A stretch of 64,000 bases of DNA from a bacterium (lineage in GTDB: Bacteria > Patescibacteriota > Patescibacteriia > Patescibacteriales > UBA12465). Position 1 is the stretch's first letter; each line of letters begins with the position of its first letter. The notes beneath the pieces are model-generated. The model did not search any database. It worked only from the letters and a program-made list of their open reading frames with translations, and was not told the origin of the DNA. Shown here piece after piece: positions 8,757-17,880 of this stretch. Both the position numbers and the translations under genes were made by a program. The stretch covers positions 207,201-271,200 of the forward strand of contig JAJZRB010000001.1 in the NCBI GenBank assembly GCA_021806615.1. Direction: 5' to 3'.

Positions 8757-9156
8757 AGAAATAAAGAAAACTTACGCACCAAAGGCCTTATTAAGATTTT
8801 TGTTGGCGGTTATTTTTTTGTCAGCCGGCATTTTCAGGATTCTTAATTTCAGCGTTGCCGAATTAGAGATGAAAAATTTGCAATTGCCGCACTTTTTATC
8901 TTATTTGCTTATTATTTTTGAAATAATTATCGGCATTTTCTTATTTTTAGGCCGATATTTAAAAAATGTTTATAGTTTATTGATAGGATTTTTGTCATTA
9001 GCTCTGCTTTGGGGACTGATTATTGACGGCGACCACATCGCTAGGCAAGCAGGAGAATTGTTTATATTCAAGACTACAGCTTTAGACTTTTTCATGCACC
9101 TGGTTTTTTTGGTAATTTTAATATCCCTCTATCTGGATGCCGAGGCGGAGGAGTGA
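8737..9156 (+). CDS. Small 4-TM membrane protein, DoxX-like
   Basis: Four hydrophobic helices. The family assignment is tentative. Confidence 0.4.
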   Translation: MILGNIKEIKKTYAPKALLRFLLAVIFLSAGIFRILNFSVAELEMKNLQLPHFLSYLLIIFEIIIGIFLFLGRYLKNVYSLLIGFLSLALLWGLIIDGDHIARQAGELFIFKTTALDFFMHLVFLVILISLYLDAEAEE

Positions 9157-9185
9157 CTACCAGCTTAAGCCCTCGTCGCTCTATT

Positions 9186-9216
9186 AAAAATCAACCCCAT
9201 AACGGAGTTGATTTTT
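9186..9216. terminator. Bidirectional terminator hairpin
   Basis: AAAAATCAAC-ccccataacgga-GTTGATTTTT lies between the convergent DoxX-like gene and tRNA-Gly. Confidence 0.6.
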
Positions 9217-9225
9217 ATTCTATAG

Positions 9226-9297
9226 AGCGGGCAAGCGGAATCGAACCGCCATCTTCAGCTTGGAAGGCTGACATAATAACCACTATACGATACCCGC
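9226..9297 (-). tRNA. tRNA-Gly(TCC)
   Basis: The reverse complement folds as GCGGGTA...TGCCCGC-T, with anticodon loop CTTCCAA and T-loop TTCGATT. The track ORF 9153..9341 is spurious. Confidence 0.9.
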
Positions 9298-9382
9298 AAA
9301 AATTAGATCAAGTTATATTTAAGCGTAAAAACAATATTTAGTCAATCGGATCATTATTTTGATAATGTTTTATTTTGCTTTG

Positions 9383-10564
9383 TTATTTAGTATCTTTTAA
9401 GCTGGCCACAAAAGCAAAGCCGGATAGCATGATAAAGGCGAAGAAAAGAAAGAGGTAAGGGAGCGGAAAAAAAGCCAGGATAAGGATAGCCAACGCCGGG
9501 CCTAAAGTATAGGCGAGCGGCGTAGTCGCTCGGAAAACATTGATGTAGGCGACTTCCTCTACATCGACGATCTTAAAGAAATAAGTTTCTCTCATCGCCT
9601 CTACCAAAGCGGCCCCCATGCGGCTGAAGAATAAGACGGAGGTCCAGAGCCAGAAATTGCCCGTGTTCAAGTAGTAGAATAAGAATAAGGCGATAGTCAA
9701 GATCGTAAATCCGACGAATAACATTTCTTTCTCTCCAATGTATCTGTCGGCGATCAAGCCGGCCGGGAATTCTATCAATACGAAAGGCACAAGCATAATA
9801 GAGAACATGATACCGAGGGAATCCCAGCTTAAGCCGAGATCGTGGAAAAGATGGAAGGGAATATAGATGACCGCGGAACTGTAAAACAACTGCAATAAGA
9901 GAGCGACAAAAAAGATCCCGCGCAAATTTTTATTAAGCCACATCTTTTTTATAGTCGTGGCCAATTTTTCTTCTTGGTATTTTATCTTGTCCTTTAGTTT
10001 CCGGCTGTGATAGACAAAGACACCATAAAAAGGGATGAGCACGGCCGCTGCTATTAAGAAAGACAGGGTATAACTGCCTCGGCTGATTAGACAAGCGCTT
10101 AGGAACGGGGAGATTATCCATCCGGCATTGATCAATGTCAAATAAGTGGTACGAGTTTTGCCGGTAGTGCTATTGCTGCTGAAACTTTCCACTAAAACAT
10201 CCATGTTTATCCAGACTAAGTTGGTGGTAATAGTCAGAAGGATAAGAGATACCAGGGCGACGACGGGACCGGTAGCCAGAGTCAAGCCAAGCAACGAAGC
10301 AAAGTAAACCGCCAAGACCGTCTTAGTCAAGAAATAATTAGTCAGACTTTTAATGAAAGAGGGAAAAATCAGAATCGCAATGATGCTCAAAAAATTGGCA
10401 ATGACAAAAAACAAGCTGATATATTGGACGTCTACGAATTGGCCGAGAAAATTAGATTGGATATAAGCTGGCAAAGCTGAAGAAATCGCCAGCAGCAGGC
10501 CTAAGAAATAGAGAATCGCTAAACGGGAGCGATTTTTTTTAAGAAGTTTTTTGCGGACGGGCAT
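9383..10564 (-). CDS. MFS transporter
   Basis: About 12 TM helices with a central loop (HSRKLKDKIKYQEEK). Confidence 0.7.
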   Translation of the reverse strand: MPVRKKLLKKNRSRLAILYFLGLLLAISSALPAYIQSNFLGQFVDVQYISLFFVIANFLSIIAILIFPSFIKSLTNYFLTKTVLAVYFASLLGLTLATGPVVALVSLILLTITTNLVWINMDVLVESFSSNSTTGKTRTTYLTLINAGWIISPFLSACLISRGSYTLSFLIAAAVLIPFYGVFVYHSRKLKDKIKYQEEKLATTIKKMWLNKNLRGIFFVALLLQLFYSSAVIYIPFHLFHDLGLSWDSLGIMFSIMLVPFVLIEFPAGLIADRYIGEKEMLFVGFTILTIALFLFYYLNTGNFWLWTSVLFFSRMGAALVEAMRETYFFKIVDVEEVAYINVFRATTPLAYTLGPALAILILAFFPLPYLFLFFAFIMLSGFAFVASLKDTK

Positions 10565-11360
10565 GGGGGCGTAAAAATATGAATAAAAAAATAATGATAA
10601 TGGCTAGGCTTATTACCTGCGGCCAGCGTAGGCCCAGCCAGTTCGGCGCTTCGTCTAAACGGATAAATTCTAGGCCGAATCTCAATATAGAATATAATAT
10701 CATATAAAGGGCTACGGCCCAAATATAATATCGGTCATTGAGACGTCTAGTTCTTATAATATAGGCATTGAAGAGAACGAGTATCAAGCTAATAGTTAAA
10801 CAACCTAAACTTTCATATAAAAAGGTAGGATGGAAGTAAGAGTTAGCCGCATATTGGGTTGGACGGTTTATTGCGTCAATCGGAATCCCCCACGGTAAAG
10901 AGGTCGGGAGGCCGAATATTTCTTGATTAAAATAATTTCCCCAGCGTCCAATGGCTTGGGCTAAAGCGAGGCCCGGCGTCAATAGAGCGCTTAGTTTCCA
11001 GAAATTCAGCTTATGGCGTTCAGCAAATCCCCAGATGATTAATAAACCGGCGATGATCGCGCCGTGAATCGCTAGCCCTCCGCGCCAGATTTCCAAGCTT
11101 TGTAAAGGATGTTGTATATAATAAGGGAGCTGTAATAGATCGTCATAGATCCGGGCGCCGGCCAGCCCGCCGATGATCAGCCAGAACGATAGGTCGAAGA
11201 TGGCGTCAGTGGGCACCTGGTAATATTTAGCCAATATGAAGGTAACGTCTAAAGCGGCTAAGATGGCTGCCACCATTAGTAAGCCATACCAATAGATATG
11301 AACCGGCCCATAAGAGGCTAGAATAGCTTGAGGGTGAAAAGCGTGTAAAAAGGCAATCAT
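10539..11360 (-). CDS. lgt: Prolipoprotein diacylglyceryl transferase
   Basis: The motifs GRWGNYFNQEIFG and HPTFLYESL. I moved the start to the ATG at 11358-11360 because the longer track ORF runs into tRNA-Leu. Confidence 0.9.
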   Translation of the reverse strand: MIAFLHAFHPQAILASYGPVHIYWYGLLMVAAILAALDVTFILAKYYQVPTDAIFDLSFWLIIGGLAGARIYDDLLQLPYYIQHPLQSLEIWRGGLAIHGAIIAGLLIIWGFAERHKLNFWKLSALLTPGLALAQAIGRWGNYFNQEIFGLPTSLPWGIPIDAINRPTQYAANSYFHPTFLYESLGCLTISLILVLFNAYIIRTRRLNDRYYIWAVALYMILYSILRFGLEFIRLDEAPNWLGLRWPQVISLAIIIIFLFIFLRPHARPQKTS

Positions 11361-11363
11361 ATG

Positions 11364-11445
11364 TGCGGACGGAGAGACTCGAACTCTCAAGGGTCGCCCC
11401 GCTTGGTCCTAAGCCAAGTGCGTCTACCAATTTCGCCACGTCCGC
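11364..11445 (-). tRNA. tRNA-Leu(TAG)
   Basis: The reverse complement is GCGGACG...CCGTCCGC-A, with anticodon loop CTTAGGA and a long variable arm. Confidence 0.9.
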
Positions 11446-11527
11446 CTGGCTTTTATATTAGACAATTATTTTTATAAAGTAAAGTTTGTGTTATAATGGA
11501 AGCATAAATTTAAAATAAGATTTTTTT

Positions 11528-13939
11528 ATGCTCAAAAATAAATTCGTTCATTTTTTTAAAGAGTTATCCATCAAGAATGTCCCGCAGGTTGGCGGGAAAA
11601 ACGCTTCGCTCGGAGAAATGTATAGCCAATTGACTAAGAAGGGGTTAAGAATCCCTAACGGTTTTGCTACTACCGCCGAATCCTATAATTATTTTTTAGA
11701 GTCAACCGGGCTGAAAGATAAAATTCGAGGCATTTTGAAAGATCTAGATACTAAGAACGTCAGTGATTTGATGAAACGGGGGGCAGCTATCCGCAAACTG
11801 ATCATCGCGACGGAAATGCCGCGCGATTTTCAAGCCGCCATCGTTAAAGCTTATCGCGAATTATCCCGTGAATATCGGGTAAAAGCTGTAGATGTAGCCG
11901 TGCGTTCAAGCGCTACGGCCGAAGATTTGCCAGACGCTTCATTCGCCGGACAGCAAGAGACATATCTTAATGTAAGCGGCGACAAGGATCTATTGCTGGC
12001 GGTCAGAAAATGTATTGCCTCCCTGTTTACTGATCGGGCCATTTCTTATAGAGTAGATAAAAAATTTGATCACTTTTCTATCGCTCTTTCAGTGGGTGTA
12101 CAGAAGATGGTCCGCTCAGACCTAGGCTCATCCGGAGTCATGTTTACCATTGATACCGAGTCCGGATTTCGCAATACCGTTCTAATCAATTCTATATTCG
12201 GTTTGGGAGAAAATATAGTCCAGGGACATGTCACTCCAGACGAATTTTATGTTTTTAAACCGACTAAGGCCATTATTTCTAAATCTTTAAGCCGGAAAAA
12301 TATTAAGATGGTCTATAATCTAAAGGGGAAGAACCCGGTCAAAAATATTCCTGTGTCTCCGGCCGACCAGCTGAAGGCCTCACTTACGGATAAACAGGTC
12401 TTGCAGTTAGCTAAATGGGGGATTCTCATAGAAGAGCACTATAATCGGCCGATGGATATCGAATTCGCCGTAGATGGTCGGACTCAAGAAATTTATATTA
12501 CGCAAGCCCGACCGGAGACAGTCCAAAGCCTAAAAGACTGGAAAATTATAGAAACCTATAAATTAGCTAAAAAAGGTAAAATTCTAGTATCCGGGCAAAG
12601 CGTAGGCAGTCGGATCGGCGCCGGCGTTGTTAATCGGATAATGGATGTGAAAGACATTAATAATTTTAAGCCCGGGCAAGTCTTAGTTACTGACATGACC
12701 GATCCAGATTGGGAGCCGATCATGAAAATAGCCGCTGCGATAGTGACTGATAAGGGGGGCAGAACTTGCCACGCCGCCATCGTTTCCAGAGAGTTAGGCA
12801 TTCCTTGCGTGGTAGGCACCGAGAAAGCCTCTGTGAAGATAAAAAGCGGCCAGGCGGTCACCGTTGATTGCGCCTCCGGCGAAGAAGGCTTTGTTTATGA
12901 AGGTAAATTGCCTTTTAAGCTAGAGAAGACTGATATTAAAGATTTAAAAAGGCCAAAAACCAAGATTATGATGAATATAGGTGAGCCTGACTTAGCTTTT
13001 AGCCATTCCTTCATCCCTAATGACGGCGTAGGTTTAGCGCGGTTGGAGTTCATTATTAATAATTATATTAAAATACATCCTTCAGCCCTGATAAATTATA
13101 ATAAATTGACCGACTTGGCGGTCAAGAAGAAAATTACAGATTTGACCATTGGCTATAAAAACAAAGCGCAATATTTCGTAGACCGCTTAGCCCAAGGCGT
13201 CGCGACAATCGCCGCCGCTTATTACCCGAAAGACGTCATCGTCCGTTTGAGCGATTTCAAGACTAATGAGTATGCCAACCTTATTGGTGGCCGAGAATAT
13301 GAGCCGCATGAGTCTAACCCTATGATCGGCTTTCGTGGCGCGAGCCGTTATTATTCGCCGCAATTTTTACCGGCCTTCAGATTAGAGTGTCAAGCCATAA
13401 AGAAGGTCAGAGAGACTATGGGTCTAAAGAATTTGAAAGTCATGGTTCCTTTTTGCCGTACCGTAGAAGAGGGCAAGAAAGTCCAGGAAATAATGGCTGA
13501 AAATGGCTTGAAGCGAGGTCAGGACGGCTTAGAGATATATGTTATGGCCGAGATTCCCGCTAATATCATTCTGGCCGAAAAATTCTGTCATATCTTTGAT
13601 GGATTTTCTATCGGTTCTAACGATTTGACCCAGCTTACCTTAGGAATAGATCGTGATTCCGGTGGCACTTTGGAGATAGCTGGAGTATCTAATGAAAAAA
13701 ACGAAGCGGTCAAAGACTTAATCAAACAGTTAATCAAAGTGGCGAAGAAATATCGTCGTAAGGTCGGTATCTGCGGCCAAGGACCGAGCGATTTTCCTGA
13801 TTTCGCCGAATTTTTAGTAGAAGAAGGCATTGATAGCATTTCTCTCAATCCTGATACGGTCGTCGCTACGACTATCGCTATAAATAAGAAAGAGAAGGAG
13901 GTCAGAAGAAGCAAAGGAATTTTAAGTTTATTCTTTTAG
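11528..13939 (+). CDS. ppsA: Phosphoenolpyruvate synthase (pyruvate, water dikinase)
   Basis: The motif GGKNASLGEM, the phosphohistidine motif GGRTCHAAIVSRELGIPCVVG and a C-terminal PEP-utilising TIM domain. Confidence 0.9.
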   Translation: MLKNKFVHFFKELSIKNVPQVGGKNASLGEMYSQLTKKGLRIPNGFATTAESYNYFLESTGLKDKIRGILKDLDTKNVSDLMKRGAAIRKLIIATEMPRDFQAAIVKAYRELSREYRVKAVDVAVRSSATAEDLPDASFAGQQETYLNVSGDKDLLLAVRKCIASLFTDRAISYRVDKKFDHFSIALSVGVQKMVRSDLGSSGVMFTIDTESGFRNTVLINSIFGLGENIVQGHVTPDEFYVFKPTKAIISKSLSRKNIKMVYNLKGKNPVKNIPVSPADQLKASLTDKQVLQLAKWGILIEEHYNRPMDIEFAVDGRTQEIYITQARPETVQSLKDWKIIETYKLAKKGKILVSGQSVGSRIGAGVVNRIMDVKDINNFKPGQVLVTDMTDPDWEPIMKIAAAIVTDKGGRTCHAAIVSRELGIPCVVGTEKASVKIKSGQAVTVDCASGEEGFVYEGKLPFKLEKTDIKDLKRPKTKIMMNIGEPDLAFSHSFIPNDGVGLARLEFIINNYIKIHPSALINYNKLTDLAVKKKITDLTIGYKNKAQYFVDRLAQGVATIAAAYYPKDVIVRLSDFKTNEYANLIGGREYEPHESNPMIGFRGASRYYSPQFLPAFRLECQAIKKVRETMGLKNLKVMVPFCRTVEEGKKVQEIMAENGLKRGQDGLEIYVMAEIPANIILAEKFCHIFDGFSIGSNDLTQLTLGIDRDSGGTLEIAGVSNEKNEAVKDLIKQLIKVAKKYRRKVGICGQGPSDFPDFAEFLVEEGIDSISLNPDTVVATTIAINKKEKEVRRSKGILSLFF

Positions 13940-13954
13940 TATTATGCCCTATTG

Positions 13955-13988
13955 TAAAAAACGTTCCCTTTACTAGGGGACGTTTTTT
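13955..13988. terminator. Bidirectional terminator between ppsA and the 3D-domain gene
   Basis: AAAAAACGTTCCC-tttacta-GGGGACGTTTTTT. Confidence 0.7.
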
Positions 13989-14011
13989 AATACGATTTTA
14001 GCGAAATGGAT

Positions 14012-14644
14012 CTATTCTACTACTTGGATTTTAGCGATTTTTATGCCGAATTGCAGGGCATCATGCCTATCTTTCATCCAGACATCAATGCGATTAGGGT
14101 GCTTCACGTTCATCCGATCGCGGACGATGAAGACCCGATCCCCGAATAATTCAGGAATTTTTACTTTCGTCCCAAATTTTAAGAAGTTAGCCGCTATGGT
14201 ATCTTCTACTCCGTGGACGCAGACATTGAAACCATTGGCGGTCGTACAAGGGTCGTCGTCGGTTTGGGCTACTTCGGAATTATAAGCCGTTATGACATGA
14301 GTGCTGGTATTTATGACTTTAACTTCAGGGCTGGAGCCAGCTTTTTCCTGCGAGCCTGTTTCTGGGCTAGAGGTTGCTGTTTCTGGGCTAGAAATAGCCG
14401 TAAGCACCGGTTGAGCTAATTTAGCCGCTTCTTGGTTCATTGTTGGTTCTTTAGAGACAGAATCGTTAACGAGCATCTCCTGGCTGTCAGACGAGGCCTG
14501 AGCTTGATTTACAGCTTCATCGGCTAATGCGGGGGCATAAAATAGGATAAATTGGAAAACACAGGCGGTAATTACTAATAAAACAATATTCTGCTTTCTA
14601 CTCCAAGGAACAATTTCTTCGCTGATTTTTTGTAGTATAGACAT
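14012..14644 (-). CDS. Secreted or anchored 3D-domain protein (MltA/YuiC-like cell-wall hydrolase fold)
   Basis: An N-terminal TM/signal segment and a Ser/Pro/Glu/Thr-rich linker with SSPET repeats. The C-terminal ITAYNSEVAQTDDDPCTTANG...FGTKVKIP...FIVRDRM...RIDVWM matches the 3D-domain pattern. Confidence 0.6.
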   Translation of the reverse strand: MSILQKISEEIVPWSRKQNIVLLVITACVFQFILFYAPALADEAVNQAQASSDSQEMLVNDSVSKEPTMNQEAAKLAQPVLTAISSPETATSSPETGSQEKAGSSPEVKVINTSTHVITAYNSEVAQTDDDPCTTANGFNVCVHGVEDTIAANFLKFGTKVKIPELFGDRVFIVRDRMNVKHPNRIDVWMKDRHDALQFGIKIAKIQVVE

Positions 14645-14764
14645 AATTATTTAATATTAGCTAAATTTAAAAATCCCTACTATATCATATCCAAGATATT
14701 AAAGCAGGGATTTTCTTGACCAATAATCTTAGCACTTGTCTATAAAAAAGTCAATAGATATATA

Positions 14765-14793
14765 TTGACGTATTATAAAAAAAATGATATTAT
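14765..14793 (+). promoter_or_regulatory. Sigma70-like promoter (TTGACG-17 nt-TATTAT) for the lipoprotein gene
   Basis: The -35 lies at 14765-14770 and the -10 at 14788-14793. It is followed by a 5' UTR of about 100 nt and a GAGG ribosome-binding site. Confidence 0.45.
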
Positions 14794-14900
14794 CTTTTGA
14801 TCGTTATATAAAAAGATTATCATCAAAATAGCGGTCGTTCCGTTCGTTAATAATAGAAATTAAACAAAAATAAAAAATCAAACAAAATACGAGGTTTACC

Positions 14901-15635
14901 ATGAAGAATTTATTGAATTTATTGTTATTAGCGCCTTTATCCGTTGTATTTATTGGCTGTTCTCAGACTTCGTTCATATCCGGGGACAAAAGCTTGAATG
15001 ATGTCAAAACGTCGCAGGCGATGTTTTCCGAGCAAATTGAGAGATATGAAGATCAAATTTCCAACTTGCGTAGCGAAAATAGCCAGTTGATGGATGAATT
15101 AAGCCAGGACAAACCGGATCAAAAGACGTCGGATCTGTATTGCCGGAAAATTTCCAACAATGATTCCTTGATTGCTGTATATCAGAAAAGATCTGATTTA
15201 TTAAGGGGCCAGATCGACGACCTATTGATCAGGTCGGCGGGCAGCGACCAGCAGCACCAATTGAAATTAACCGGACATGATGTAAGCGAAATGGCCAATG
15301 CTTATGTCCAGATATCTTGGGCAAATGTTATTACTAAGGCTGACGCAACCAATGTCGCAGGAGCGAGCTTGGTATCCAGTCCATTAGTCGGCATAGTTGA
15401 AAATCTTGGTTATTCCAAGGTAAATGTCAAGATTTCCGGACAGAATTTTATCCGGGAATATACCCTTGATCCTAAAGGGAAGAGTCCTATTTTCAACCTT
15501 CCTGGCCAGGGGAACTATACTGCAACGTTCACAAACGGTTATGAAATAAGGACTGTTACTAAGCCGGTTGGTCCGAATATCGTTTATTTTGACGGTGGTA
15601 AGCCGTATGATTTTAAAGCGACACTCCTACCGTAG
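14901..15635 (+). CDS. Lipoprotein of unknown function
   Basis: A signal peptide with lipobox VFIG-C, a coiled-coil-like N-terminal half and a beta-rich C-terminal half. I recognise no family. Confidence 0.6.
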   Translation: MKNLLNLLLLAPLSVVFIGCSQTSFISGDKSLNDVKTSQAMFSEQIERYEDQISNLRSENSQLMDELSQDKPDQKTSDLYCRKISNNDSLIAVYQKRSDLLRGQIDDLLIRSAGSDQQHQLKLTGHDVSEMANAYVQISWANVITKADATNVAGASLVSSPLVGIVENLGYSKVNVKISGQNFIREYTLDPKGKSPIFNLPGQGNYTATFTNGYEIRTVTKPVGPNIVYFDGGKPYDFKATLLP

Positions 15636-15648
15636 TCGCTGAAAAATC

Positions 15649-15677
15649 AAAAGAGGTCTGGTCAGACCTCTTTTTTA
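15649..15677. terminator. Bidirectional terminator (end of the pilin-like operon and of the lipoprotein gene)
   Basis: AAAAGAGGTC-tggtca-GACCTCTTTTTT. Confidence 0.7.
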
Positions 15678-15701
15678 TTACCTATAGATTTAGCATGATG
15701 C

Positions 15702-16109
15702 CTATACGGCCGGACCCATCGTGCTTCCCCCGCTGAATGGCACATATTTAAAGACGAAATAAGTTATAGCATAAGCTGCAAGGACGACAATCAGCCCGAT
15801 TATCGCCGCCCGGATCGTATCTTGAGCTTGAGTCACCAGCTCTTCGTTTCCTTGAGCCGTCATCCAGCGGAAGCCAGCGGTAATCATCAGGATGATAAAA
15901 GTGATTCCTAGGAAACTCAAGACAATCTGGATGACTCGCGCGATTATCACTTCTATTGTAATATCGCTGAAATTAGCCGTTTTAGCGACCGTATCGGTCA
16001 TAGGCGCTAACCCTTGGTCAGTGTTAGTCAGGAGTTGGGCAGAGGCTGATGATAAAAATAAAGTTAAAGATAGAGACAGGGTTAAGCAGAGAGCAAGGAA
16101 AGTTTTCAT
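15702..16109 (-). CDS. VirB2/TrbC-type pilin-like small membrane protein, paralog P1
   Basis: A signal peptide (...SSASA|Q), a variable segment, TM1, the loop GFRWMTAQGNEE and TM2 (IIGLIVVLAAYAITYF). Confidence 0.7.
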   Translation of the reverse strand: MKTFLALCLTLSLSLTLFLSSASAQLLTNTDQGLAPMTDTVAKTANFSDITIEVIIARVIQIVLSFLGITFIILMITAGFRWMTAQGNEELVTQAQDTIRAAIIGLIVVLAAYAITYFVFKYVPFSGGSTMGPAV

Positions 16110-16113
16110 ATGA

Positions 16114-16524
16114 TTATTTAACTATTATGTTGCGGAAAATAAAATTCCAAATCGCGTAAGAAGACATGGCTATAACCAGGCCGATCAAAGCTTCCCGTAT
16201 TGTATCCCTGGCTTTGCCGATCTCTTCTTCGTTGCCCCGCGCTCTCATCCAGGCAAATCCGGCAATTATCATCAATACTATGAAAGTCACCCCCAAGAAG
16301 CCTAAAAAGGCTCCGATAATCGTACCGATTATGATCGCGGTAGATGCTTTAGTCTCGTCAGTCTGATATCCGCCCTGGCTAGCAACATTAGTTAATCTGT
16401 CTAAGAGTTTATTCGGTTGTGGCGTAGGCGTCGGAGTTGGAGTCTGAGCCAAAGCCATTGCCGGGGCTGCCAGGAAACCCGCTAGTAACAGGGAACAGAT
16501 AGTAGATTGAATGATTTTTTTCAT
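16114..16524 (-). CDS. VirB2/TrbC-type pilin-like small membrane protein, paralog P2
   Basis: A signal peptide (...AMALA|Q) and a (TP)4 repeat directly after the predicted cleavage site. The loop is GFAWMRARGNEEE, followed by TM2. Confidence 0.7.
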   Translation of the reverse strand: MKKIIQSTICSLLLAGFLAAPAMALAQTPTPTPTPQPNKLLDRLTNVASQGGYQTDETKASTAIIIGTIIGAFLGFLGVTFIVLMIIAGFAWMRARGNEEEIGKARDTIREALIGLVIAMSSYAIWNFIFRNIIVK

Positions 16525-16534
16525 ATCTTTTCCA

Positions 16535-16954
16535 TTATTTAGTGAGCAGGACAGATGAGACTATCCTGCCGAATCCGGCGCTCAGCGCGTAAGCAATAAG
16601 GACAATAGCTAGGCCTATTGCCAGATGGCGGATAGTATCTTTAGATTTTCTGACCTTTTCTTCATTACCGGCCGCTTGTACCCAATCGTTAGCCGCTAAG
16701 AACATCAAAGTTATAAAAATAGTGCCCAATACCGATAGAAAGACTCGAACGACTATACTAATCATATCTTCTAGACTGGTTGTTGTATTATAGTCGCTGG
16801 TTGACGCTACCTTCCCTACATTGTTGTTGAATTCATCTACTTTTTGGCTGTTTATCAGGGCAGCGCTCGCTGGGCTGATGATAAGTAGAGATAAGAAAAA
16901 TGATAAAAGTAACTTTTTAGATATATTCGCAAAGATTATCCATTCGCGGGGCAT
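16535..16954 (-). CDS. VirB2/TrbC-type pilin-like small membrane protein, paralog P3
   Basis: A signal peptide (...SPASA|A) and the loop ANDWVQAAGNEEK. I placed the start at the first ATG (16954); the track ORF uses an upstream TTG that overlaps P4. Confidence 0.65.
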   Translation of the reverse strand: MPREWIIFANISKKLLLSFFLSLLIISPASAALINSQKVDEFNNNVGKVASTSDYNTTTSLEDMISIVVRVFLSVLGTIFITLMFLAANDWVQAAGNEEKVRKSKDTIRHLAIGLAIVLIAYALSAGFGRIVSSVLLTK

Positions 16955-16971
16955 AAATGTAAGATATTTGA

Positions 16972-17382
16972 TTAAGGCCAAAAATATTTGACGACGAAAT
17001 AAGTTATAACATATGCGCCCAATGTCACGATTAATCCGATAATGGCGTTAATTAAGGTATTAGTGGCTTCTTTGATTTTTTGATCATTGCCACGGGAAGT
17101 CATCCAAGTATAAGCGCCGTAAAGCAAATAAGCAAAGAAAGCTATGCCTACCAAACTTAAGCCCGTATATAAAACCGTACTTATCACTGAATTTAAGGGG
17201 GTGGCATTAGCCCCGGTTTCAAAACCAGCTTTTTGACCGGAAGCATCTAGGCCACTTTGTTTTTGAAAGTCGTAAGTGCCGCCGTCGCTCGGGTTAGCCG
17301 CCAAGGAAACTTGATAAGAGGCTAAAGGTAAGATTAGCATCACTCCGCCGATTATTAGATTTTTTAGTTTATTCCCGCTCAT
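16972..17382 (-). CDS. VirB2/TrbC-type pilin-like small membrane protein, paralog P4
   Basis: A signal peptide (...VSLA|A) and the loop GAYTWMTSRGNDQK, followed by TM2 (IIGLIVTLGAYVITYF). Confidence 0.7.
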   Translation of the reverse strand: MSGNKLKNLIIGGVMLILPLASYQVSLAANPSDGGTYDFQKQSGLDASGQKAGFETGANATPLNSVISTVLYTGLSLVGIAFFAYLLYGAYTWMTSRGNDQKIKEATNTLINAIIGLIVTLGAYVITYFVVKYFWP

Positions 17383-17795
17383 TATTTTAGAAGTTCTGTC
17401 CCCAAGAAAGCAGTGATAGCGTAAGCTGCAAATACGATGATTATCCCGATGGCAGCGTTAATAATCATGTTTTTAGCGTTAGCGACCGTTTGCTCGTTGC
17501 CACTCGCCGTCATCCAGCTTATACCAGCATAGATCATAAGTCCTAGAAATAAGACGCCTACGAAGGAAAGGACCAGCCCGATAATCTGGCCGACTTTAGT
17601 AGCTAAAAAATTCGTTCCATAGGAAGAACTGTCGCTTGCCGGGACGGTTTGTGCTTTGAATGCCCCGACGCTATTAGCCGTCTGATTTAGACCATCTATA
17701 GTAGTGCTGGCCGTATCTTGGGCTCCAGCCGCCGTAATCATTCCGGATAAAACCAAAATACATAGGACGAGGATAAAGATTATCTTTTTTTTCAT
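17382..17795 (-). CDS. VirB2/TrbC-type pilin-like small membrane protein, paralog P5
   Basis: A signal peptide (MKKKIIFILV...AAGA|Q) and the loop AGISWMTASGNEQ. I prefer the start at the second ATG (17795) because the first ATG lies inside an intercistronic stem-loop. Confidence 0.65.
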   Translation of the reverse strand: MKKKIIFILVLCILVLSGMITAAGAQDTASTTIDGLNQTANSVGAFKAQTVPASDSSSYGTNFLATKVGQIIGLVLSFVGVLFLGLMIYAGISWMTASGNEQTVANAKNMIINAAIGIIIVFAAYAITAFLGTELLK

Positions 17796-17880
17796 ATTTG
17801 AAAAATTAACCACTGCTCTAAATACGAAATTTTTCATATTCAGAGCAGTGTCCCCATAATCATGGGAACACTAAATTTTA

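Noticed and set aside
9153-9341. Track ORF 9153..9341 (+), 62 aa.
   Set aside because: It is fully explained by tRNA-Gly(TCC) on the opposite strand plus a terminator hairpin.
11227-11439. Track ORF 11227..11439 (-), and the 5' extension of the lgt ORF to 11390.
   Set aside because: Both run through tRNA-Leu(TAG). The lgt gene starts at the ATG at 11360.
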